From: Candidatus Limnocylindria bacterium
Lineage (GTDB): Bacteria > Chloroflexota > Limnocylindria > P2-11E
DNA length: 30,928 nucleotides
Reading direction: 5' to 3'
Assembly: GCA_036569685.1 (NCBI GenBank)
Contig: DATCQC010000102.1
Span: forward strand, 1-30,928
Shown: positions 1-7,261 of the stretch, piece by piece
Layout: each line of letters begins with the position of its first letter
How positions within the stretch are numbered: position 1 is the first letter of the stretch
The notes under the pieces: generated by a model
Databases searched by the model: none
The model's input: only the letters and a program-made list of their open reading frames with translations
Told to the model about the DNA's origin: nothing
Translations under genes and position numbers: made by a program

Positions 1-2
1 CG

Positions 3-848
3 CGACCTCAGGACGTGTGGCTGCGCGTGTCACCCGGGATCGGCGCGGACACCCACCCGCACCTGCGCACCGGCGAGCTCGACAGCAAGTTCGGCGCACC
101 GATCGCCGGCGGCGACGCGCTCGCGCAGTGCCGCGCGATCGCGGCGACGAAGAACCTGCGGCTCGTCGGGATCCACGCGCATCTCGGCACCCAGCTGCAT
201 GAGGCCGAGCGCTATGCCGAGCTTGGTGCGGCCCTCGCGGCCCTTGCGCGAGTGGTGCGCGCGGCGACCGGCGTCGCGCTGAAGGAGATCGGCGTCGGCG
301 GCGGTCTGGCGATCGCGCTGCGCAGCCTGGACCCGGTGCTGGATCTGGTCGCGTACGCCCGCGCGGTGAGCGAGCCCATCCGGTCCGACGAGGCGCTTCG
401 CAAGGTCGTGCTGTATCTCGAGCCCGGGCGCTCGCTCGTGGGACGCGCGGGTGTGGCCTTGTATCGCGTCGTCGGGACCAAGCGCGTCGCCGGCGTGCGC
501 ACGTTCGTCTCGGTCGATGGCGGCATGGGCGACAACATCCGGCCGGCCCTGTACGGCGCGGCGTACACGGCGATCCTCGCGGGTCGGGCGACCGCCGCGC
601 CGACCGAGCACGTCGCGATCGCCGGGAAATACTGCGAGAGCGGCGATCTGCTCATCCGCGACGTCGCGCTGCCCACACCCGAGCCGGACGACGTGCTCGC
701 GATCCCGGCAGCCGGCGCGTACAGCGTCGCGATGGCCTCGAACTACAACCACCACGTGCGTCCCGCGGTCGCGCTCATCGACGGCGGCCGAGCGACGGTG
801 ATCCGCCGGCGCGAGACCCACGCCGACATCTGGCGCCTCGAGCGCTAG
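3..848 (+). CDS. lysA: Diaminopimelate decarboxylase, 5'-truncated by the window edge
   Basis: Frame is open from base 3. Motifs SKFG, HAHLGTQ, GVGGG, EPGRSLV, VDGGMGDNIRPALY, GKYCESGD and GAYSVAMASNYN are diagnostic of the group IV PLP decarboxylase LysA. Stop TAG at 846-848. Confidence 0.93.
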   Translation, partial: RPQDVWLRVSPGIGADTHPHLRTGELDSKFGAPIAGGDALAQCRAIAATKNLRLVGIHAHLGTQLHEAERYAELGAALAALARVVRAATGVALKEIGVGGGLAIALRSLDPVLDLVAYARAVSEPIRSDEALRKVVLYLEPGRSLVGRAGVALYRVVGTKRVAGVRTFVSVDGGMGDNIRPALYGAAYTAILAGRATAAPTEHVAIAGKYCESGDLLIRDVALPTPEPDDVLAIPAAGAYSVAMASNYNHHVRPAVALIDGGRATVIRRRETHADIWRLER

Positions 849-863
849 GGTCCCGAGCCGCAT

Positions 864-1592
864 TCAATCGGCGCGAGGTCGCAGCCAGAGCGACAGGCGC
901 AGCAGAAGCAGATCGCGGATCGCCTTGAGGATGACCTTGGGCGGTGTCCCCTTCGGCTCGTGGTGCATGCGCGGGTGGTGCGGGATGCCCACCTCCCGCG
1001 TGACGATGCCCCTCGCGCGGAGGGTGATGAGCAGCTCGGGCGAGAAGAACGCGCCGTTCGACCGGACGCGCGAGAGGGGCACACGCGTGAACACGTCGGC
1101 CCGGAACAGCTTGAACGCGCAGTCCACGTCCCGCCAGCCGCCGGCGAACAGCATGCGGATCGCCCGGTTGTACACGCGCGACACGACGACGTGCCACCAG
1201 CCGTATTCCAGCGTGAGGCGATAGCCGAGGACCGCATCGACGCCCGGTGTGAGCGCCGCGGCCAGCTTCCCGAAGTCCGCGACGTCGAATTGCTGGTCTC
1301 CGTCCGTGAAGAAGATGAACGGCTGCGTCGCGCTTTCGAGGCCCGCGCGCACGGCCCCCCCATATCCGCGGCCCGGCCGGTGATGGATGACCCGCACGCG
1401 TCCATCCACGCGCGAGAGCGCGTCGGCGAGCTCGCCGGTCTTATCGGTGCTGCCGTCGTCGACGACGATGACCTCGACCGATGCCGCGTACTCGGGAAGG
1501 ACCTCGAGCGCCCGCGCCACCATCGGCGCCACATTCAGCTCCTCGTTCCGCGCGGGAAAGAAGAACGACAGGCCCGGTAGCCGTTCGGTCAC
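864..1592 (-). CDS. GT2 glycosyltransferase, DPM1/Ppm1-like polyprenyl-phosphate sugar synthase
   Basis: 242 aa, GTG start. Motifs FFPARNEE, VVDDGSTD, FTDGDQQFD (DxD) and DVDCAFKLFR. No C-terminal TM pair. The donor sugar cannot be determined from sequence. Confidence 0.85.
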   Translation of the reverse strand: MTERLPGLSFFFPARNEELNVAPMVARALEVLPEYAASVEVIVVDDGSTDKTGELADALSRVDGRVRVIHHRPGRGYGGAVRAGLESATQPFIFFTDGDQQFDVADFGKLAAALTPGVDAVLGYRLTLEYGWWHVVVSRVYNRAIRMLFAGGWRDVDCAFKLFRADVFTRVPLSRVRSNGAFFSPELLITLRARGIVTREVGIPHHPRMHHEPKGTPPKVILKAIRDLLLLRLSLWLRPRAD

Positions 1593-1597
1593 AGCGG

Positions 1598-1615
1598 GAT
1601 AACGCTAGCGTTCTC
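1598..1615. promoter_or_regulatory. Palindromic bidirectional promoter candidate between divergent glycosyltransferase genes
   Basis: GATAACGCTAGCGTTCTC has a perfect 12-bp core AACGCTAGCGTT (1601-1612). It gives a TAGCGT (TANNNT) -10-like hexamer on each strand, 7 nt before GTG 1619 and 9 nt before GTG 1592. Confidence 0.6.
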
Positions 1616-1618
1616 GAC

Positions 1619-2830
1619 GTGGAGCGCCCGCTGCCGACGCGCCCTGCGCCCTCGGAGATCTGGATCGCGGTGGCCCTTGGCTGTCTCGCCGTCCTTGGCT
1701 ACGTCATCGCAGGCTGGGGTGAGCCGACGGTGTACGACTACTACGGTCGCCTCGCCGACGCCTTCGTCCACGGTCGCTACTGGCTGCTGGACGATCCGGC
1801 CTGGCTGAACGAGCTGCTCTCGTGCGGCGACGGCAAGTGGTGCGTGGCGTACCCGCCGCTTCCCGCGATCCTGTCGATCCCGCTTCTCCCGTTCGGGACC
1901 GCGACGGCACAGGACCTCGTCTCGCAGATCTGCGGCGGAGCGTCGGCCGGCGTGCTGTACGTGGCCCTGCGCGCGTACGGCGCGCCGCGCTGGGTTGCGG
2001 TCACAGGCACGCTCCTCTCGGCGTTCGGGACCACCCTTCTCTTCAGCAGCGCGGACGGACGCGCGTGGTTCGCCGCGCATGCCGTCGCGATGCTGTTCAC
2101 CACGATCGCGTTCTTCTTCGCCGCGCGGGGCGGGCCGGCCTGGTGGGTCGGCGTGGCCATCGGGCTCGCGGCGCTCGCCCGCCTGCCGGTGGCCGCCGCG
2201 ACGCCCGCGCTGGCCCTGCTCGCCGCACGCCGCGGCAACACCTCGTTCCGCGCGGCGTTCGCGCGCATCGTCGCGGGCGGCCTGCCGTTGCTCCTCGTGT
2301 ACGTCGCGTACAACGTCGCCCGCTGGGGCACCGTCACCGATGCCGGGTACGCGCGCCTCACCGAGGGCGACTTCTTCTTCGACCACGGACTCTTCTCGCT
2401 CGCCTACCTGCCGCGCCACCTCTACGCGATCTTCATGGAGCCGCCGGACCTCGTCCCGAACGTCTGGTACTTCCTGCGGCCTCACTTCGTGGGGATGAGC
2501 CTGTTCCTCACAACGCCGGCGCTTTTGTTCGTGTTCGCGGGACTGCAGGACGTCCGGCGATCGGTCGTCGTGGCCGCGACCGCGATCGCGGCGGCCCTGG
2601 CCCTCCTGCCAGATGTCACGCACGGCACCGTCGGCTTCGCGCAGTTCGGCTACCGGTTCAGCATCGATGCCCAGCCGTTCCTCATCGCGCTCGCGGTGGG
2701 CGGCGACGCCCTGCGTGATGGCGTTTGGCGCAGGCGTCCGTCCATCCTGTTCCTGCTCGCGTGCGTGATCGCGGTCGTGATCAATGTCTACGCGGCGATC
2801 GCGATCATCCACTACGGATGGTGGCAGTGA
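1619..2830 (+). CDS. Polytopic membrane protein, probable GT-C superfamily glycosyltransferase
   Basis: 403 aa from GTG 1619. Many hydrophobic helices, an acidic first external loop (EPTVYDYY...AYPPLPAIL) and a C-terminal GFAQFGYRFSID motif, in a GT-C-like layout. The stop overlaps the next start (GTGA). Confidence 0.65.
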   Translation: MERPLPTRPAPSEIWIAVALGCLAVLGYVIAGWGEPTVYDYYGRLADAFVHGRYWLLDDPAWLNELLSCGDGKWCVAYPPLPAILSIPLLPFGTATAQDLVSQICGGASAGVLYVALRAYGAPRWVAVTGTLLSAFGTTLLFSSADGRAWFAAHAVAMLFTTIAFFFAARGGPAWWVGVAIGLAALARLPVAAATPALALLAARRGNTSFRAAFARIVAGGLPLLLVYVAYNVARWGTVTDAGYARLTEGDFFFDHGLFSLAYLPRHLYAIFMEPPDLVPNVWYFLRPHFVGMSLFLTTPALLFVFAGLQDVRRSVVVAATAIAAALALLPDVTHGTVGFAQFGYRFSIDAQPFLIALAVGGDALRDGVWRRRPSILFLLACVIAVVINVYAAIAIIHYGWWQ

Positions 2831-4218
2831 CCGATCTTCGGCGGCGGCGCGCGAATATCGCGATCGCCGTCATCATCGTCATCGGCGTCGTGCTGCGACT
2901 GCTCGTCACGCGCGCGCAGGGTTTCCCGTCCGACGTCGGGACGTTCATGGCCTGGGCGGAGAAGCTCGCTGCGGTCGGTCCCGGCCGCTTCTACGAGCCC
3001 GGCTACTTCAGTGATTATCCGCCGGCGTTCCTCTACGTCCTCTGGGCGATCGGGTCGTTGTTCGACGGCGACGCCCTCCGCTTCGCGGTGAAGGCGATCA
3101 GCATCCCGGCCGACGTCGGCATCGTCCTGCTCATCGTCCCGCTCGTGCGCCGCCACGCGGGCAGCGGCGCCGCGATCCTCGCCGCGGGCATCTGGATGCT
3201 GCAGCCCGCGCCGATCTTCGGCGGCCCGTACTGGGGTCAGGTCGACGCGGTCGGCACCCTACCGTTCCTCGCCGCGCTCCTCGCCGCCGGCAGCCGGCGC
3301 TGGGCGATCGCCGGCCTCCTCGCGGGGCTGGCGACCATGACCAAGCCGCAGTTCGGCCTCGTGCTCGGCGTCGTGCTCGTCGCCGCGGCGGTCGAGCTCG
3401 CCCGCGCCCACGACTGGCGGCCGCTCCTGCGATCGGGCGGCGCAGCGCTCGCGACGATGCTGCTCCTCGCGTTGCCGTTCGGGATGACCCCGGGTGCGTT
3501 CATCGGCCTCGTGCGCAGCGCGTCGGAGACGTACCCGTACTCATCGCTGTACGCGTTCAACGGCTGGTCCATCTTCCTCGACTTCTGGACGGACGACGCG
3601 ATGTGGGTGGTGCCCGGCGCCATCCTGCTCGCCGTCGGCATCCTCGCGTCGGTGGTGCCCCTGTGGTGGCGCCGCGACACGGCGGCGCTGCTCGCGGTCG
3701 GAGCAGCGACGGTCATGGCGTTCTACTTCCTCCCGACCCGCGCGCACGAGCGCTACCTCTTCCCGGACCTTGCGCTCCTGCTCCCGTTCGCTGCCACGCG
3801 CCGCCGGATCATCGTGCCGTACCTCATGCTCGCGGGCACCTTCTTCGTGACCCTTTACTTCGCGTTCACGCGCTACCCGCAGAACGATCTGACGGCGCCG
3901 GCCTGGCTCGACGCGACCGTCTTCGGCCGGACCGGCCAGATCGCGATCGCGCTCCTGTTGATCGGGACGGCCGCGCTCATCTGCTGGCGGCTCGCGCGCG
4001 GCGAGGCGCGCCTCGAACCGACGCTCGCCCTCGACGCGGGCGTCGTCGTGACGCTCGAGCCGGCGCCGTCGCGGTGGGCGCTGCCGGCCGGGCTCGGCAT
4101 CGGCGGTCCGGCGCTGCGCCGCGACCTCCTCATCGCCCTCATCGTCGCGCTCGCGGTCCTCGGCACGCGCGGTTTCCGCCTCGATTGGCCGCGCGACATG
4201 TACTTCGACGAGGTGTGA
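2827..4218 (+). CDS. N-terminal fragment: Gpi18-like mannosyltransferase (GT-C) domain plus the start of the PMT domain
   Basis: GTG 2827 overlaps the upstream stop. Motifs GFPSDVGTF, DYPPAFLY, WGQVD, KPQ and RAHERYLFP. Ends at YFDEV (the PMT DE motif) followed by a premature TGA. Confidence 0.75.
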   Translation: MTDLRRRRANIAIAVIIVIGVVLRLLVTRAQGFPSDVGTFMAWAEKLAAVGPGRFYEPGYFSDYPPAFLYVLWAIGSLFDGDALRFAVKAISIPADVGIVLLIVPLVRRHAGSGAAILAAGIWMLQPAPIFGGPYWGQVDAVGTLPFLAALLAAGSRRWAIAGLLAGLATMTKPQFGLVLGVVLVAAAVELARAHDWRPLLRSGGAALATMLLLALPFGMTPGAFIGLVRSASETYPYSSLYAFNGWSIFLDFWTDDAMWVVPGAILLAVGILASVVPLWWRRDTAALLAVGAATVMAFYFLPTRAHERYLFPDLALLLPFAATRRRIIVPYLMLAGTFFVTLYFAFTRYPQNDLTAPAWLDATVFGRTGQIAIALLLIGTAALICWRLARGEARLEPTLALDAGVVVTLEPAPSRWALPAGLGIGGPALRRDLLIALIVALAVLGTRGFRLDWPRDMYFDEV

Positions 4219-4297
4219 TCACGCGCGGACGGCGTTCGAGCTGCTCGCGCAGCGCGAGCCGTACGAGTGGACCCACCCGCACCTCGCGAAAGAGGTC

Positions 4298-6427
4298 ATG
4301 GCCCTTGGCATCCTCGCGTTCGGTGACGACCGGGTGGTCGGGACCGAGGCCGCGCCCACGAATGTGACCGCGTTCAACGTCACGAACGACGGCACCCGGA
4401 TCTTCGGTCTGGCGGACGGCACGATCGAGGTGCGAGCGCGCGATGCCGAGGTGCTGCGCGTCATCGGCCACGTGAGCTCCGCCCCGCGCTGGGTCGGCAT
4501 CGACCAGGACCACGTCTACGTCGTCGCCGACCGAGATCTCGCGGACCTATCGCTCACCCGGCAGCACCCTGACGTGTCTCGACCGCTCACGAGCGCCGTC
4601 ACGGCCGCCGCGTTCATCGGTGGCCGCCTCGTGGTCGGTGGCGCGAATGCGACGTCGGTCTACACGTCGATCGATGCCTCGCCGACGACCGTCGATGTGG
4701 GCGCGATCGGGTTCGCCGCGAAGAACGACGGGAGCGAGGCCTACCTGCTCGACCCGGCCGGCGCGGTGCACGTCATCGAGACCGCGGGCTGGACCGAGAC
4801 GAAGACCTACCCGAGCGTCGCGCCGGAGCGGGCCATCGCGTTCTCGCAGGGACCGAACACGATCGTGCTCGCGCGGGCGGACGAGCCGACCTTGGACTCG
4901 ATCAGCACGGACGACGGCCACCGCGACACGGTGCCGCTCGCGAACGCGCGGACGGGAACGTTCTCGAGCGGCGTCACGGCCATGACCGTCGTCACGCGGA
5001 CGGATTTCCTCTATGCGATCGCGGACGGCCGTGTCGTCGTCGTCGACGTGCACGGCCTCTCGCCGTTCGCGGCCATCCCGACCAGGGCGACCAGCCTGGG
5101 GGTCGACGGCACCGGCGACACGCTGGTCGCGCTCGGCCCGTCCGGCAGCGCCGATCGGATCGAGACCGGCCGGCTCGCGCTCGCCTGGCGCCTCCCCGGC
5201 GTCATCGCCGCCGCGCTGCTTGCGTTCATCCTGGTGCTGCTCGCGCGACGGCTGTTCGCCTCACGGCTCGTTCCGATCATCGTCGGGATCGCGGTCATCC
5301 TCGATGGCTCGATGTACGCGCAGGCCCGGATCGGCATGAACGACATCTACGTGGCCCTCTTCATCGTCGCCGGCTGGTACTTCATCGTCGCGGCGCACCG
5401 CCCGCGGTGGTCCGCGCGCGCCGACATCCTCATCGCGGGGGTGCTCCTCGGTCTGGGCGCCGCGTCGAAGTGGGCGGCGTTCTACACGCTGGCCGGCGTC
5501 CTCGTCGCCGCGCTCGCCGTCACCGCTTATGCCTACGCGAATGGACGTCCCGGCCGGGGCGGTCCGCTCGACTTGTTGGCCGGCAGGGGGAAGAACGCGG
5601 CGCTCCTGTTCCTTTCATTCGCGGTCATCCCGGTCGGGATCTACCTCGCCAGCTACGTGCGGTGGTTCGGCGGCCCGACCGCGCCGTACGGCTGGGACCT
5701 CATCGAGCTCACGAAGCAGATGTACTGGTACCACTCGGGCTTGACCTCGCCGCACCCGGCGGCCTCGCCGTGGTGGAGCTGGCCGATCGTCCTGAAGCCC
5801 GTCTACTGGTACTTCGGCCAGTCCGACGAGGGGAACAACGCGTACATCTACGACGCCGGGAACCTCGCGCTGTTCTGGGCCGCGCTCGTCGCGACGGTGT
5901 GGTGCGCGATCGCCGCGATCCGCGCGCGCTCCGTCGTGCTCGGCTTCGTCGTGTTCGCGTTCCTCGTGCAGTACGTGGCCTGGATCCCGATCTCGCGGGT
6001 GCTGTTCTTCTACCACTTCTTCACGGCGCTGCCTTTCTATCTCCTCCTTCTCAGCGTGTGGCTCGCGTATCTCTGGGAGACCGGCCGGAAGAGCTGGGTG
6101 GTCGGGTACCTTGCCGTCGCCGCGGCGGTGTTCGTGTACTTCTATCCGTTCGTCTCGGGGCAGCCGGTCCCGGGCTCGCAGGCCGCGATGTTCTTCGTGC
6201 TCCCCACGTGGCAGTACGACTGCCAGTTCTACCCATCGTTCGTGTGCCCGCTGAACGCGCCGGCCGACGTGCCGATCGCCGCGGTCGCGCTCCGGGTCGC
6301 CGCGGCCGGCGCCCTGGCGGCCCTCGCGGCCGGTGCGTTCTTCATCGCGCGGTCGCCCGAGCGGGCGCTCGCGACCGCGCGCGACCTTCTAGGGCGAGGC
6401 GCTCGGGGTGGGAGCGACGCTGGGTGA
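4298..6427 (+). CDS. C-terminal fragment: beta-propeller-like insertion + PMT/GT39 membrane domain
   Basis: Homologous reading actually begins at 4220 (HARTAFE...THPHLAK). PMT motifs QARIGMNDIY, GAASKW, YWYHSGLTSPHPAASPWWSWP and RVLFFYHFF. A beta-strand-rich soluble segment spans ~4325-5175. Confidence 0.75.
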   Translation: MALGILAFGDDRVVGTEAAPTNVTAFNVTNDGTRIFGLADGTIEVRARDAEVLRVIGHVSSAPRWVGIDQDHVYVVADRDLADLSLTRQHPDVSRPLTSAVTAAAFIGGRLVVGGANATSVYTSIDASPTTVDVGAIGFAAKNDGSEAYLLDPAGAVHVIETAGWTETKTYPSVAPERAIAFSQGPNTIVLARADEPTLDSISTDDGHRDTVPLANARTGTFSSGVTAMTVVTRTDFLYAIADGRVVVVDVHGLSPFAAIPTRATSLGVDGTGDTLVALGPSGSADRIETGRLALAWRLPGVIAAALLAFILVLLARRLFASRLVPIIVGIAVILDGSMYAQARIGMNDIYVALFIVAGWYFIVAAHRPRWSARADILIAGVLLGLGAASKWAAFYTLAGVLVAALAVTAYAYANGRPGRGGPLDLLAGRGKNAALLFLSFAVIPVGIYLASYVRWFGGPTAPYGWDLIELTKQMYWYHSGLTSPHPAASPWWSWPIVLKPVYWYFGQSDEGNNAYIYDAGNLALFWAALVATVWCAIAAIRARSVVLGFVVFAFLVQYVAWIPISRVLFFYHFFTALPFYLLLLSVWLAYLWETGRKSWVVGYLAVAAAVFVYFYPFVSGQPVPGSQAAMFFVLPTWQYDCQFYPSFVCPLNAPADVPIAAVALRVAAAGALAALAAGAFFIARSPERALATARDLLGRGARGGSDAG

Positions 6428-7261
6428 TGGCGATGGGCTCGGACTCTCGGACGGGGAGGCCGACGCGGACGCGCTCGGCGAAGGCGACAGAGTCGGCGCC
6501 AGCACGGGGGTCGACAGGAGGGCGCCGAGCGCGCCGGCGATCGCGACGAGGATGAGCAGCGCGAGAATGAGGGTGCCCGCGAGGGCGCGCCCCATCGCAG
6601 GCCGCCGTACGGCGAACACGATCACGGTGATGTTGTCCAGGCCGCCGCGGGCCCGCGCGAGCGCCACGAGGGCGTCCGCGGCGCGATCGGGGCGGTCGGC
6701 CATCGCGCTCGCGATCTCGGGATCGGCCACGTGGCGGGTGAGGCCGTCTGAGCACAGGACGAGCCGGTCCGCGGGCTGGAGCGTCTCGACGAAGATGTCG
6801 GGCTGCACGCCACGGGGATCGCCGAGGAACCGGGTGATGCTGCTCGCCTGATCGCCGCTGTGGTCGGTCGTGAGCTGGCGGATGGTCCGTCCGCGGACGA
6901 GGTACGCGCGCGAGTCCCCGAGGTTCGCGACCGCCGCCTCGCGCCCGCGGATCGCGGCGGCGACGAGCGTGGTCGCGGCGCGCGAGAAGCGCTCGTCCTT
7001 CGCGGCCGCGAGGACGGCCGCGTTCGCGTGCTGCACCGCGTCGCCGAGCGCCGTGCGGGCGCTGTCGCGGAACGACGGCGGCGAGAACGACGCCGCGAGG
7101 CCCTCGATCGCCGCGGCGCTCGCGATCTCGCCGCCGGCCTCGCCGCCGACGCCGTCGGCGACCGCGATGAGCGTGACGCCCGCGTAGTCCCGCGCCAGCC
7201 ATCGATCCTCGTTCTGCTCGCGGACGATGCCCGGATCGGTCCGCGCCGCGAGGTTAGTCAC
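6389..7261 (-). CDS. PP2C/PPM-family Ser/Thr phosphatase with C-terminal TM helix and Ser/Pro-rich tail (PstP-like)
   Basis: Motifs EQNED, AVADGVGG, NLGDSRAY, LCSDGL and GGLDNITV. TM segment LAGTLILALLILVAIAGALGALL is followed by (SP/SA)n. GTG start overlaps the kinase stop. Confidence 0.9.
   Translation of the reverse strand: MTNLAARTDPGIVREQNEDRWLARDYAGVTLIAVADGVGGEAGGEIASAAAIEGLAASFSPPSFRDSARTALGDAVQHANAAVLAAAKDERFSRAATTLVAAAIRGREAAVANLGDSRAYLVRGRTIRQLTTDHSGDQASSITRFLGDPRGVQPDIFVETLQPADRLVLCSDGLTRHVADPEIASAMADRPDRAADALVALARARGGLDNITVIVFAVRRPAMGRALAGTLILALLILVAIAGALGALLSTPVLAPTLSPSPSASASASPSESPSPSPSPSVAPTPSASP

Larger units (their letters stand above)
2827..6427 (+). pseudogene. Frameshifted ~1199-aa fusion: Gpi18/PIG-M-like GT-C domain + protein O-mannosyltransferase (PMT/GT39) with an inserted beta-propeller-like domain. 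The break may be a sequence error.
   Basis: Deleting G4217 (GTG T[G]AT CAC) joins ORF 2827-4218 to the frame of ORF 4298-6427 and restores the PMT loop RDMYFDEVYHARTAFELLAQREPYEWTHPHLAKEVMALG. Confidence 0.8.

Noticed and set aside
1481-1618. Longer N-terminal extensions in the ORF track (1481, 2725, 9959, 12478, 15326, 16665, 18911, 27859, 29589)
   Set aside because: They overlap neighbouring real genes and encode low-complexity sequence. Shorter starts are supported by stop/start overlaps, SD or -10 elements, and family N-termini.
4216-4218. UGA read-through (selenocysteine or suppression) in the PMT fusion
   Set aside because: In-frame continuation gives non-homologous sequence (SRADGVRAA...). 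Homology resumes only in the +1 frame.
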